The notes beneath the pieces are model-generated. The model was not told the origin of the DNA, searched no databases, and was given only the letters and a program-made list of their open reading frames with translations. The translations under genes and the position numbers were made by a program. From Minisyncoccota bacterium (GTDB lineage: Bacteria; Patescibacteriota; Minisyncoccia; Phycocordibacterales; UBA6899), in assembly GCA_035583355.1 (NCBI GenBank), contig DATEZQ010000008.1, positions 36,610 to 100,609 of the forward strand: a stretch of DNA of 64,000 bases, in the 5' to 3' direction. Shown here one piece after another: positions 9,840 to 19,756 of this stretch. Every line of letters begins with the position of its first letter. Within the stretch, counting starts at the first letter, position 1.

Positions 9840-9905
9840 ATATTTGAAGTTATGCGATAAGAGCAATTGCCCTATCAAAACCATTACTTAATATTATCAT
9901 ATGTA

Positions 9906-11423
9906 TTATATGTTTTTGCAAGTGTAGGGCAACATGACAGTAAACTTCGTTCCCCCACCATCCACCTTACTGAAAGAAATTTTTCCCCCCGCCCGTTCAA
10001 GCAGCGAGCGAACTATCGAAAGGCCGAGCCCAGAACCACTAGAATCAACGTCACGTGCATTTGATGCTCGATAGAAGCGGGAGAATATCCTTCCGACCTC
10101 ATTATCTGGAATTCCTATCCCATTATCTATCACCGTAAGATACATCGCCTCCTCGTCCGGATGTGACTCAACTGAAATCCTTATTGTGCCGCCATCCCCT
10201 GTATATTTCACTGCATTAGATATCAAATTCTGAACAACGACTTGCCCCAATTTGGGTTCACCAGAAATTAATGGAGATGAAAGATCATACGTCTTCTCTA
10301 TGTGCTGATGCTTCGACTGTGCTAGTGCCATTGTGTCTCTGATCGCGATATCAGTAACCTGCACGAGATCGAACATTGTCCCATCTCCATGGAATGTACC
10401 AAGCTCAACCCTCGAAGCATTGAGCAGAGTATCAATGAGTTTTGACATACGAAGACTGCTTTCTTTGATTTGCGCTATATACTCCTTTTGGTCGACGCTA
10501 AGCTTTTCGAGCTCAAGTGGTGCAATGAGCAATTCGACATACCAGTTTATGATGGAGATCGGCGTTCTGAGTTGGTGCGAAGCAAGCGATACGAAGTCTG
10601 ATTTTTCTCGCTCAACTTGCTTAATATCGGTGATATCGAGAAGTGTCGAAATTATATAGAGCAATTGACCATTTGTATCGAGAACGGGGACACTTGTCAT
10701 GCGAAATGCCGCAAGACGCATGTCAGGATACCTGAAGAAAATATCACTCTTGGTCACAGGTACTTTTGTCTTTCTGACCAAGGCATACGGGAGCTCATCT
10801 TCAGAGTACGGGCTACCATTTTGATGTACAAATGACGTTTCTCCATTCTGTCTATTAATATTCTTACCAACGAATTGCGCAGCCAGCTCATTCATGCGCA
10901 TTATCTCTGATGAGGGCTCGCGGAGCAGAAATACGCCTAGTGGTAAGTGATCAACAAGAAGCTTCAGAATTTCAGCATCATGACCAACTACAGCATACTG
11001 ACTATGCAGTGTCTCAAGAAGAGTATCGTATGATGCACGAAGCCTTCCGATTGCGGTGGTGTATGCACTTACTACTATTCCTAGCTCATCAATAGGTATC
11101 TCATGTATACCAACATCCTGTTCACCACTCTGTGCTTTGAGCGCATCAATCTTATACTTTTCCAGCGGATCAAACAGCACGTACTGAAGATAACCAACCA
11201 ACAGGAGTACTGAGAGCACGAATGACGCAACAACAATGGGCATTAGTACACTCGCGACAGATAACCCTGGAAATATCGCGAGTATCTTCGATACGTGAAG
11301 TGGAGACTCTCCGGTTATCTTTGCAGCATACACAACAATTGACCCAAAAAGAATGAGGCCCTGAAAGATCCCGATAATACCGCACGCCGCTAAAATTTTA
11401 TTTCGGATAGTCATAATTTGCAT
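9906..11423 (-). CDS. Membrane sensor histidine kinase (2 TM, PAS, HisKA, HATPase_c)
   Basis: H-box SLASHQLRTPISIINWYVELL. Further along, the N/G boxes VIDNGIGIP … GSGLGLSIV. Confidence 0.9.
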   Translation of the reverse strand: MQIMTIRNKILAACGIIGIFQGLILFGSIVVYAAKITGESPLHVSKILAIFPGLSVASVLMPIVVASFVLSVLLLVGYLQYVLFDPLEKYKIDALKAQSGEQDVGIHEIPIDELGIVVSAYTTAIGRLRASYDTLLETLHSQYAVVGHDAEILKLLVDHLPLGVFLLREPSSEIMRMNELAAQFVGKNINRQNGETSFVHQNGSPYSEDELPYALVRKTKVPVTKSDIFFRYPDMRLAAFRMTSVPVLDTNGQLLYIISTLLDITDIKQVEREKSDFVSLASHQLRTPISIINWYVELLIAPLELEKLSVDQKEYIAQIKESSLRMSKLIDTLLNASRVELGTFHGDGTMFDLVQVTDIAIRDTMALAQSKHQHIEKTYDLSSPLISGEPKLGQVVVQNLISNAVKYTGDGGTIRISVESHPDEEAMYLTVIDNGIGIPDNEVGRIFSRFYRASNARDVDSSGSGLGLSIVRSLLERAGGKISFSKVDGGGTKFTVMLPYTCKNI

Positions 11424-11433
11424 TACTGAAACT

Positions 11434-13821
11434 CTATACCAGCAGCTTCACTTCGCCCTTTCTACTTTTCATTCCAGAGAGTGGAATAGTAAAAGTGAAC
11501 ACGGTCCCCTCTCCCTCAACACTCTCAAAGGAAAGCTTTCCCCCCATCTCTTCTACAAGTGATTTTGTCAGCGAGAGGCCTAGGCCTGTACCCGCAGGAA
11601 CTTTTGTAAGCGCGTTTTCTGCACGATAGAACTTCTCGTACATGCGAGAGTACGCCGATTTAGGAATACCAATACCATGATCTTGGACAGAGAATACAAG
11701 CTGATCATCCTGCACACGCATCTTCACCTCGATGGTCGTATCATCAAAAGCATAACGCTGCGCATTTGTATAGAGATTCTGAATCACCTGCCATGGGTAG
11801 TCTTTATCGAGCGAGATATGTGGCAGAGGATCCGGCTCTGCAGTGACTGTAATCTTCTGTCGATGCTCAGCAAGTTGGACTTCTATTGTTTTTGCAACTG
11901 CGATTGCAATCTCTTTCATATCAACTGGCTCGGGTTCAACAGCGACCCTACCCGCTTCCACGCGTGCGATTTGAAGCAACATATTTACGAGACCAGTCAT
12001 GCGCTCAACGCCCTCGCCAATGCGTTCAAGGAAGTGTCTTTGCTCATCATTCACGGGCCCCGCATCCCCATCTTCAAGCATCTCGGTGAACCATCGCATA
12101 CTTGTCAGCGGTGTACGCAACTGATGTGATGCGGTAGAAATAAACCCAACTCGGGCCTCCTCAAGTGCTTTCTCCTCAGTAACATCCCGCAAGGTGAATA
12201 TTGCTCCGCGGACTATTCCTCCGCTCATCGCATCAGTAATTGGAGCAATGACACCCGAAATCGGCATCTCAGCCCCATCACTCATACGCTTAAGATATAG
12301 AAATCGTATCGCGTGAAGCTTTCCCTCTGCGAAGATCGGCAGCATGAACTCATCACCAAGAGGATTTCGGTCATTAGAAAGAAGCTGGAAGTGCGAACGC
12401 ATATCTTTTCCTCTTACCTCCTCACTCGTTCTTCCAAGCATACGTTCTGCTGTTTCATTAATGACGGTAATATGCCTCTCTGCATCAATGACTATAACTC
12501 CTTCGCCGATTGAAGATATGAGCAATGAATAAGTTAAGCGCTCTCTATCAGCACTACGCGCAAAACGCTGCACCTCCTCAAATGCGTCTTCGACTTGCTT
12601 GCTTTTCTCTCGCATCTTTTCTTCTGCATCTTCTGCGGCCTTTAGGGCCAATTCGGTCTGTTTCTTGCTCCTTCCGAGCTCATCGATGTTCTTTTCGAGC
12701 GCAGAGGTTTTCTCCCTCACGCGCTCCTCAAGGGATCCATAGAGTGATGAAAGTTTCGTAGACATCGTCTGAAATGCTCCCGCCAACTCCCCTATCTCAT
12801 CCTTCGTGTTTACTTCAACCTGCTGCGCAAAATCTCCCTGGGCAATTTCTGTTGCTGCAGCCCTCAAACGCAAAACAGGTTGAACGACAGTCCGTGAAAT
12901 GAGATAGACAAAGACAAGTGCCATCAAAAAGATAGCCACTGTCGCGACAATGACAATTTGCTGAATGCTCATCTCTGCCGCAGCGATATAGGTCGTTGCA
13001 TCGCGGACACTTGCGAGTACCCAGTTATTTCCTTGATAATTTGGCACGCCTTTCTCCCTCGTAAGTGTCTTCATGTGGAGCGTGCCATCTATAGTGATAA
13101 GCTCAGCTGTCTCTGGTGCGACGAAATTACTTATTGCCCTCTTGTCAAATGCATCAGCACGATGCGGATCACCAAAACTTGCAATGAGTGCCCCGTCACT
13201 GCGAAATAAATCGACACCTGAATTATCACGACTCAATATGTCCTCTACGGATCTCCATGCTATGCGCCCAATAACATAACCATCGATATGTTCTTTCCCG
13301 CTTACAAATGAGCGAATCGCAATCACGTAGGACATAACAGTCTCACCCTTGTAAACATACGCATCACCATACGCCACTTGACTCGTACGTGACGCTTCCA
13401 TGATTACCTTTTCCTCGTCGGTAATGTCAATCGAAGTACCGCCCTCACGCAACGACGCTGCACTTAATGTTTTTCCTGTCGGCCCCACAAGAAGAAGTGC
13501 GTTCCAAGGACCAGAGTAGACAAGTAAATTTGAGAGCCATTTATTAATGAGCTCTTCACCTTCTGAATTTTTTGTTGAAGGTGCAAGCGCAGAAGCGATC
13601 GCGGGATCTGTCGCGATAATCTGTAGTTGCGTCTGATACCCTGCAAGCAGTTCATCAACCTGGAAGATAAGGCTCGACATCTTATCAAGAATAAAACGCG
13701 ATGCTCCTTGTTCAACCGATCGCCTCGTAAGCGAAAAACCGAGTACCAACATGGCACTGATCATTATTGTTGCAGTAAACAAGGAAAGTCCAAGAATCTT
13801 TTGAGAAAGACGTATCTTCAC
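11434..13821 (-). CDS. Large sensor histidine kinase (extracytoplasmic sensor domain, HAMP, coiled coil, PAS, HisKA, HATPase_c)
   Basis: N-terminal TM, a ~280-aa periplasmic domain, and a second TM. Then HAMP (…LRLRAAATEIAQGDF…), the H-box STASHQLRTPLTSMRWF, and GTGLGLSL. Ends 10 bp upstream of the next HK start. Confidence 0.9.
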   Translation of the reverse strand: MKIRLSQKILGLSLFTATIMISAMLVLGFSLTRRSVEQGASRFILDKMSSLIFQVDELLAGYQTQLQIIATDPAIASALAPSTKNSEGEELINKWLSNLLVYSGPWNALLLVGPTGKTLSAASLREGGTSIDITDEEKVIMEASRTSQVAYGDAYVYKGETVMSYVIAIRSFVSGKEHIDGYVIGRIAWRSVEDILSRDNSGVDLFRSDGALIASFGDPHRADAFDKRAISNFVAPETAELITIDGTLHMKTLTREKGVPNYQGNNWVLASVRDATTYIAAAEMSIQQIVIVATVAIFLMALVFVYLISRTVVQPVLRLRAAATEIAQGDFAQQVEVNTKDEIGELAGAFQTMSTKLSSLYGSLEERVREKTSALEKNIDELGRSKKQTELALKAAEDAEEKMREKSKQVEDAFEEVQRFARSADRERLTYSLLISSIGEGVIVIDAERHITVINETAERMLGRTSEEVRGKDMRSHFQLLSNDRNPLGDEFMLPIFAEGKLHAIRFLYLKRMSDGAEMPISGVIAPITDAMSGGIVRGAIFTLRDVTEEKALEEARVGFISTASHQLRTPLTSMRWFTEMLEDGDAGPVNDEQRHFLERIGEGVERMTGLVNMLLQIARVEAGRVAVEPEPVDMKEIAIAVAKTIEVQLAEHRQKITVTAEPDPLPHISLDKDYPWQVIQNLYTNAQRYAFDDTTIEVKMRVQDDQLVFSVQDHGIGIPKSAYSRMYEKFYRAENALTKVPAGTGLGLSLTKSLVEEMGGKLSFESVEGEGTVFTFTIPLSGMKSRKGEVKLLV

Positions 13822-13880
13822 GTATGCTTATTATACTATACTCTACTATAGTTTGTATACGTGCATGAATACGTAAATTC

Positions 13881-14030
13881 AGGGAATATGGGGATGAGGG
13901 AATTAGGGAATGTAGACATTTATACACGCAACAAAGAAGGCGAGGAGCATTATCGAACTAAAAAATCACATGCCAGATGCATGTGATTTTTCCTCAAAAT
14001 TCCCTTATCCCCTTATACCCTTATTCCCTG
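13881..14030. repeat. G-rich heptad inverted-repeat element, copy E2
   Basis: cagggaatatggggatgagggaattagggaatg on the left; aattcccttatccccttatacccttattccctg on the right. The internal hairpin is aaatcacatgccagatgcatgtgattt. Lies between the HK operon start and the gap stop. Confidence 0.55.
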
Positions 14031-14035
14031 TATTT

Positions 14036-15076
14036 CTAGAGGTGTTTCCCCGCTAAACGTACATGGTGTATAAGCGTATTTGTATAACCAGCTTCATTAT
14101 CATACCAAGCGAAAACTTTGACCAAGTCTCCATCGACGACACGGGTCATCGAGAGATCCGCAATCGAACCGTAAGGCTCTCCTACAATATCCGTAGATAC
14201 GAGGGGCTCCGCAGTTACGGTGAAAATTCCTGCCCAGCGTGGATCCTCAGCAGCATCACGAAGTATCTGATTCACCTCTTCAACACTCGTCTTGCGCTTT
14301 GCAACAAAGGTCACATCGGCAATTGAACCAGCAACCACAGGAATGCGCAACGATATTCCTTGAAATTTTCCCTCAAGCTCCTTAATAACGTCAGTCACCG
14401 CGATAGAGGCGCCTGTCGACGCGGGTACAAGATTCATTGCGGCAGCACGCCCCTCACGGAAGTCATTTTTATTTGGGCTATCGATAAGTCGCTGCGATGC
14501 AGTATATGCATGAGTCGTATTTAATATCGCTTTCTCAACACCAATTGTTCTATTCAAAATATCAACAAGAGGAGATACTGCATTGGTCGTACAAGATGCG
14601 TTTGAGGTCACCTTTGCATGTTCGATATCCGCCTCATTAATCCCCATAAGTACAGTAGTGTGTTCTTTCCCCTCGCATTTTTTGAAAGGTGCCGTTAATA
14701 CAACACGCTTCGCACCCGCAGCGAGGTGTACCTCCGCAGCACTGCATGCAACAAACATGCCCGTCGACTCAATAACAATATCAACATCAAACTCCTTCCA
14801 AGGAAGCTTTGCTGCATCACTCTCTTGCACTACGGCAACGGGAACCCCGTCCACAATAATCGAGGGTCGTTTCCCTTCACTTTCTGGCGTTGTAGTAACA
14901 ACCGCATTGAGACGACCGTAGGTGCTGTCATACTTAAGTAGGTATGCAAGATTCTGAATATCACCAAGATCATTTACGGCAACCACCTCTATCTCAGGCA
15001 TATCCTTAACCGCGCGGAAGAATGCTCTGCCAATACGTCCAAAACCATTAATTGCAACTCTAATACTTTTGTTCAT
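14036..15076 (-). CDS. gap: Glyceraldehyde-3-phosphate dehydrogenase
   Basis: IRVAINGFGRIGR Rossmann motif, the catalytic ASCTTNA, and the C-terminal WYDNEAGYTN. Start set at MNKSIRVAING. Confidence 0.92.
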   Translation of the reverse strand: MNKSIRVAINGFGRIGRAFFRAVKDMPEIEVVAVNDLGDIQNLAYLLKYDSTYGRLNAVVTTTPESEGKRPSIIVDGVPVAVVQESDAAKLPWKEFDVDIVIESTGMFVACSAAEVHLAAGAKRVVLTAPFKKCEGKEHTTVLMGINEADIEHAKVTSNASCTTNAVSPLVDILNRTIGVEKAILNTTHAYTASQRLIDSPNKNDFREGRAAAMNLVPASTGASIAVTDVIKELEGKFQGISLRIPVVAGSIADVTFVAKRKTSVEEVNQILRDAAEDPRWAGIFTVTAEPLVSTDIVGEPYGSIADLSMTRVVDGDLVKVFAWYDNEAGYTNTLIHHVRLAGKHL

Positions 15077-15101
15077 ATTATTCATATTAACACATAAAAC
15101 T

Positions 15102-16175
15102 TTACGGTAAGCTTCTGATAGCATTTGGATAGATCAATCTGTCTGGATTAAGGCTTGGGATAGAGGTGTATTGGTTTGCAAATAAATTTATTAGCCTAAT
15201 ATTTCCGTAAATAGAACCAAGGCCCGAGTAAATATACATTGAACTTTTATTTGCATCCTTGTCGAGCATTTCAATCCCCCGCATCTGCTGCCGAAATTCA
15301 CTCTCAGTAATATGAAACGTATTTCTTACAATTCTATATGCTTCATTTGGGTTAGTTTTCCAAAAATCATACGCTCTAAAATATGCGCGTGCAAACGCCT
15401 CAATTGCACTACCATACTCTTCCACATATGCTGCATTAAACGCAATGACATCAGTTATTACACCAGGACTTGCAGCGCTTGTATATTCTTCAGTTGCGCC
15501 AACATCTTTGGCCATAGAAACGTATGGCTCATAAGTGATGATATGGTCAACAAGACCCTTCTGGAGAAGCTCAACCGATGCCTCTTCTGATCCTGCATCA
15601 ATGAACTCATAATCTTTCGGGGACATATTGAATGATCGCAAAGCCCACTCGACAAAGAAATCCGGTTTACCGATATATGCGATTTTTGATCCTTTTGAAA
15701 TAGCAATCGGTCTTGCTCCTTTCCTTGTAAGCACTGCATCAGCTCCGAGAGAGCGATCAGTGATCAGCACAATATATGCGTGAATGCCATGATCACGCGC
15801 CTCATACACAATCTCTGAGGTCAATCCCGCACGGGCATTAATCTTCCCAGAGCGCACATCATCCACGAGATCATCCACACTCAAGTATGTATGCAGTTCG
15901 ACATTGAGTCCTTCATCCTGAAAATATCCAAGCTTTTCCGCAAGTGGAACAATAAGAAAACCTGGCCACAATTCAAAACCAAAATTTATTGGAGGAGACT
16001 TTATCGAAGGGGTCGAAAAAAATATTCCTCCACGCATCCCAAAACATGTTGGAGAGAGTACAAAGCAACCATACGCACTACTCAAAGTGAGTGTGACAAC
16101 AAAAGCGGTGAGGATTTTGATTCTCAAGTTATCCATTACTTTATTATAGTATAGTGTTATCGCAGGAATATGCAA
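15102..16175 (-). CDS. Periplasmic substrate-binding protein, NMT1/SsuA-like. True start may be the internal Met near 16136.
   Basis: Signal/TM segment (LRIKILTAFVVTLTLSSAYG) followed by a ~300-aa alpha/beta domain resembling the NitT/TauT-type SBP fold. Confidence 0.5.
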   Translation of the reverse strand: MHIPAITLYYNKVMDNLRIKILTAFVVTLTLSSAYGCFVLSPTCFGMRGGIFFSTPSIKSPPINFGFELWPGFLIVPLAEKLGYFQDEGLNVELHTYLSVDDLVDDVRSGKINARAGLTSEIVYEARDHGIHAYIVLITDRSLGADAVLTRKGARPIAISKGSKIAYIGKPDFFVEWALRSFNMSPKDYEFIDAGSEEASVELLQKGLVDHIITYEPYVSMAKDVGATEEYTSAASPGVITDVIAFNAAYVEEYGSAIEAFARAYFRAYDFWKTNPNEAYRIVRNTFHITESEFRQQMRGIEMLDKDANKSSMYIYSGLGSIYGNIRLINLFANQYTSIPSLNPDRLIYPNAIRSLP

Positions 16176-16199
16176 ACAAAAACGCGCAACATGCGCGTT

Positions 16200-18146
16200 T
16201 TATGCAGCCTCTAGCCCTGCCAAGAAAGATGCATCCCAAGAGTCCTTGATATCTGCAGAAACTTCCTTTAAAAGTTCTTCTCTGCTTTTATGCGGAATTT
16301 CTTCATACTTCTCCGCGATAGTTTCATCTCGCCTTGCTTGAGGTGCAAGCATTTCGTCCCAAGCATCCTCAGCAGGAGGAATTGCCGCCACCACTGAATC
16401 CACCACAGTACGAGGAGGAGGAGGAGGAGGAGGAGCAACATGTTTCTCTACGGGTACACGAAGCGGAGCTACTGGTTTCCCCACAACAGATACAAAAACT
16501 TTCTGCGACGATACGGGAGCACTTACTCTACTTTCGTCACCATTTGAGACTTCAATAGGTGCAACCGGTGTTCCTTCTTGCCCTTTCGGTTTACTATAGC
16601 GCGGATACGACGGATGCACTTCTGGATTGGTTGCAACCTGCACTGCAGTGCGTGAAAAATGACTCGTACGCATCCATGGCAACCATTCCGACGCGCGTGC
16701 ATGTGGCTGCGTAAAGACTGCAGCAACCTGCGGATATGCAGCAGGAACCATTGTTGCAAACGGCACGACTCTCGGAGGGAGTGCGAGAGGATGCATTGAG
16801 GGTGTGAGTTGCGCTACTGCATAATGAGGCACTGCAACAATCGGTGTCACAACTTGCTGTTCTGCAATTACATCCTCAACTGATTCATTGAGAGGAGATG
16901 GCGTAACCTTACTCTGTACTGCTTCAGCCAATATACGATCAGAAATATCCCTTTCCACTTGCGGAGGAGTTGGGTCAATGACAACAACAGGTGATGTATT
17001 TTTTTGTATTTCTTGTATTGCCTCTTGTGTGTTTTCTTCTTCTCCCTTCACAGGAGTCCCCTCTTCTTCGGTAAGCTCCAAACCACCAGCGACCATCGAT
17101 GTTTCGTCTGGTGTATACCAAGAAGCATCTGCTGCTGTGGAAACCTGCTCGACAGAGGGTGGAAACACCGAGGGGCGCTCATCTTCGACTTCCTCACGAA
17201 CGACCGTGCCTACATCGATTGACTGCGCTACGGTTTGTATGAGGTTTTGATCAGGAGCAAGGATGATTTCCTCCGTCTCGGGCTGAACAAGTGCTTCTAC
17301 AGCGGGCACCATAATCGCCTCAGATTCTGGGAGAGCGATAGACTCATCCTCATGTTGTGCAAGTGCATGTATCTCGGGTAGCGCGAGCCCTTCCTCTGGC
17401 TCTATTTGAATAGCATTATCTGCACGTACGGCGAGGTCATGCTCCGGCTCCACTATGACCTCCGCCCTTTGCGACACCTCAGGAAACTGAGCAAAAAATG
17501 GAGCAGGTAATATATCGACAGTCTCGGCAGGTGGCGCAGAAATAGGCTTCATTGAAAGTGGTGGCATCAATGGCGCATCATCAAAATGTGCAGTCACATC
17601 ACTGCTTGTTTTTACTGGCCAGTGCATAGGAAGTGCCTTTGGAGCAGGCGAAGGTGGCACTTCGAGTTCGAGAGACATGGGGGCTGGCGGTACTGGAGTG
17701 TTGTTCACACTTTCCATGGGAGGAGGAGCTTCTTCCTCATCAGAAACAAGATTGAAAGAAAGTGCCCCCCTGCGTAGCGGAGCAGAGAGTGTGCTACTAC
17801 CACTACTTATTCCTACGGGCTGATTCCCAACAAGGCCTACTGCAGGAGGTATCGTCTTCGTGAGCAGTTCCTCTCTGCTGAGTAATGGCACTGAGATCAG
17901 TTGTGGAGGAACATATGTGATGACTGCAGCGGGAGGCAAATTAATATTGAGTACCTTCAATAGTTCTCCAGCATGCGGGAATATAAGGCCATCCTTACCC
18001 CCAGCACAAGGCACATATCCGTCACGACAAAGCCGCTCGATGTATTCTGGCGAAAAATTCGTCAGCTGCGCAGCAACATCGAGAGTCACAAAAACATTTT
18101 CGGTTCCCTGCCCTACGAAAGAAGCACCGGCATCGCTTTCGGTCAT
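16200..18146 (-). CDS. Excisionase-type HTH (HTH_17-like) protein with a ~550-aa Pro/Glu/Val-rich disordered tail
   Basis: The N-terminus VFVTLDVAAQLTNFSPEYIERLCRDGYVPCAGGKDGLIF fits the HTH_17/excisionase pattern. The remainder is low-complexity and acidic/proline-rich, ending PPPPPPPR…. Start placed at the internal Met (MTESDAG); this removes the 32-bp overlap with gatB in the ORF-track model. Confidence 0.5.
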   Translation of the reverse strand: MTESDAGASFVGQGTENVFVTLDVAAQLTNFSPEYIERLCRDGYVPCAGGKDGLIFPHAGELLKVLNINLPPAAVITYVPPQLISVPLLSREELLTKTIPPAVGLVGNQPVGISSGSSTLSAPLRRGALSFNLVSDEEEAPPPMESVNNTPVPPAPMSLELEVPPSPAPKALPMHWPVKTSSDVTAHFDDAPLMPPLSMKPISAPPAETVDILPAPFFAQFPEVSQRAEVIVEPEHDLAVRADNAIQIEPEEGLALPEIHALAQHEDESIALPESEAIMVPAVEALVQPETEEIILAPDQNLIQTVAQSIDVGTVVREEVEDERPSVFPPSVEQVSTAADASWYTPDETSMVAGGLELTEEEGTPVKGEEENTQEAIQEIQKNTSPVVVIDPTPPQVERDISDRILAEAVQSKVTPSPLNESVEDVIAEQQVVTPIVAVPHYAVAQLTPSMHPLALPPRVVPFATMVPAAYPQVAAVFTQPHARASEWLPWMRTSHFSRTAVQVATNPEVHPSYPRYSKPKGQEGTPVAPIEVSNGDESRVSAPVSSQKVFVSVVGKPVAPLRVPVEKHVAPPPPPPPRTVVDSVVAAIPPAEDAWDEMLAPQARRDETIAEKYEEIPHKSREELLKEVSADIKDSWDASFLAGLEAA

Positions 18147-18162
18147 GCAAATATTATAACAT

Positions 18163-18255
18163 GAAGAAGGCGAGGAGGAATGCAAAATACAGGGAGTAAG
18201 GGAATGAGGGAATAATGAAATACAAAAAACACGACATTTATAGCGTCGTGCTTTT
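18163..18255. repeat. G-rich heptad element, partial copy E3, with the gatB terminator
   Basis: aagaaggcgaggag + cagggagtaagggaatgagggaataatg, then the hairpin acacgacatttatagcgtcgtg with a T-run on the minus strand. Shares aagaaggcgaggag and gacatttata with copy E2. Confidence 0.5.
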
Positions 18256-18258
18256 TGT

Positions 18259-19668
18259 TTAAGCGAGAAGCTTTGTGAATACTTCCCCAAGGAGCTTTGG
18301 ATTACCGGCTCCCTTCATGGCTTTCATGCCCTGCCCAACGAAGAACATCAAGACTGAGGCCTTTCCTGCTTTGAACTCAGCAACTTGCACAGGGTTCGCT
18401 GCAATAATCTCACCAGCGATACGCTCAAGCTCACCAAGATCACTTTTTTGAATCAAACCATTCTTCTCTGCAATCTCACGAACATCTCCGCCTTCACGAT
18501 AGATGATGAGGAGCGTATCCTTTGCACCACGAGAAGAAAGTTCATTCGCATTGATCATCCCCGCAAGATCGATAAAGGTCTTCGCATTAACCTTAAGAGG
18601 TAGTGCGGGTTCAGACTTAAGAAGACTTACAAGGTCACTCGAGATATAGTTCGACGCAAGACGAATGGAAGCAACATCATCACCGAGGGTCTTAGTTACT
18701 TCATCAAAGAGTGTGCCAAGCATTTCATCAGAAACATAAATCTCGGTGACTTTTGCGTCAATACCAAGCGCTAGAATGCGCTCCCTTTTCTGCCAAGGCA
18801 ACTCGGGGAGAGGAGTTAATTTCTCATACTCCTTTCCAAAAACCTCTGTACAAACAAGCTTCGGAATATCCGGATCTGGGAAATACCTATAATCATTTGC
18901 TGACTCTTTCTTGCGCTGACTGAATGTCTTTCCAGTATTCTCATCCCAACCTCGTGTCTCTTGGATGATCTTCTCGCCTGCTTCGATTGCGGCCTCCTGA
19001 CGAGCCATTTCATAGACAATCGCCGCACCAGCCGCACTGAAAGAGTTAATGTTCTTCACCTCAACCTTTGTACCAAAGGCATCCGTCTTCGAGATAGAAA
19101 TATTCACCTCAACACGCATCTGCCCTTTATCCATATTTGCCTCAGACGCACCAAGTGTGCGTAATAGAAGTTGAAGCTCCTTGCCAAAACGCATAGCAGT
19201 TTCCGCATCATGGATAACTGGCTCTGTCACGAGCTCCATTAATGGAACACCTGCACGATTGTAATCGACAACGGAAAAATCGCCCATATCATGACGCGAT
19301 GATCCAGTATCTTCCTCGAGATGAATACGAGTCAACGCAACACCAGCAAGACTACCACCCGAAACAAGCGGGTATTTATATTGTGTAATTTGGTATCCCT
19401 TTGGAATATCTGGATAGAAATAGTTTTTACGATCCCATTCAGTGAAATCCGCAAGCTGTGCACCCACTGCTTTTCCTACGCGGAGCACATGTTCAACTGC
19501 CTGAAGATTCACTACAGGAAGTGTCCCTGGCTGTGCAGTACAAACAGGGCAGATATTTGTATTTGGACGCTCTTCGTCAGGGTCGTTTTTACATGCGCAA
19601 AACATTTTCGCTTGCGTATTGAGCTCAGCATGAATCTCAAGACCAATTGTTGCTCGATAGTCAGACAT
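18259..19668 (-). CDS. gatB: Asp/Glu-tRNA amidotransferase subunit B
   Basis: The GatB N-terminus MSDYRATIGLEIHAELNTQAKMFCACKND …CPVCTAQPGTLP, and the C-terminal GatB/YqeY domain. Confidence 0.95.
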   Translation of the reverse strand: MSDYRATIGLEIHAELNTQAKMFCACKNDPDEERPNTNICPVCTAQPGTLPVVNLQAVEHVLRVGKAVGAQLADFTEWDRKNYFYPDIPKGYQITQYKYPLVSGGSLAGVALTRIHLEEDTGSSRHDMGDFSVVDYNRAGVPLMELVTEPVIHDAETAMRFGKELQLLLRTLGASEANMDKGQMRVEVNISISKTDAFGTKVEVKNINSFSAAGAAIVYEMARQEAAIEAGEKIIQETRGWDENTGKTFSQRKKESANDYRYFPDPDIPKLVCTEVFGKEYEKLTPLPELPWQKRERILALGIDAKVTEIYVSDEMLGTLFDEVTKTLGDDVASIRLASNYISSDLVSLLKSEPALPLKVNAKTFIDLAGMINANELSSRGAKDTLLIIYREGGDVREIAEKNGLIQKSDLGELERIAGEIIAANPVQVAEFKAGKASVLMFFVGQGMKAMKGAGNPKLLGEVFTKLLA

Positions 19669-19756
19669 GATTGGAGTATAGCATATGCCCCCTACTGTTC
19701 ACAATTCCAAGAATATGTACTATACTATACATTAAGTTACGAAGAAATAACACACC

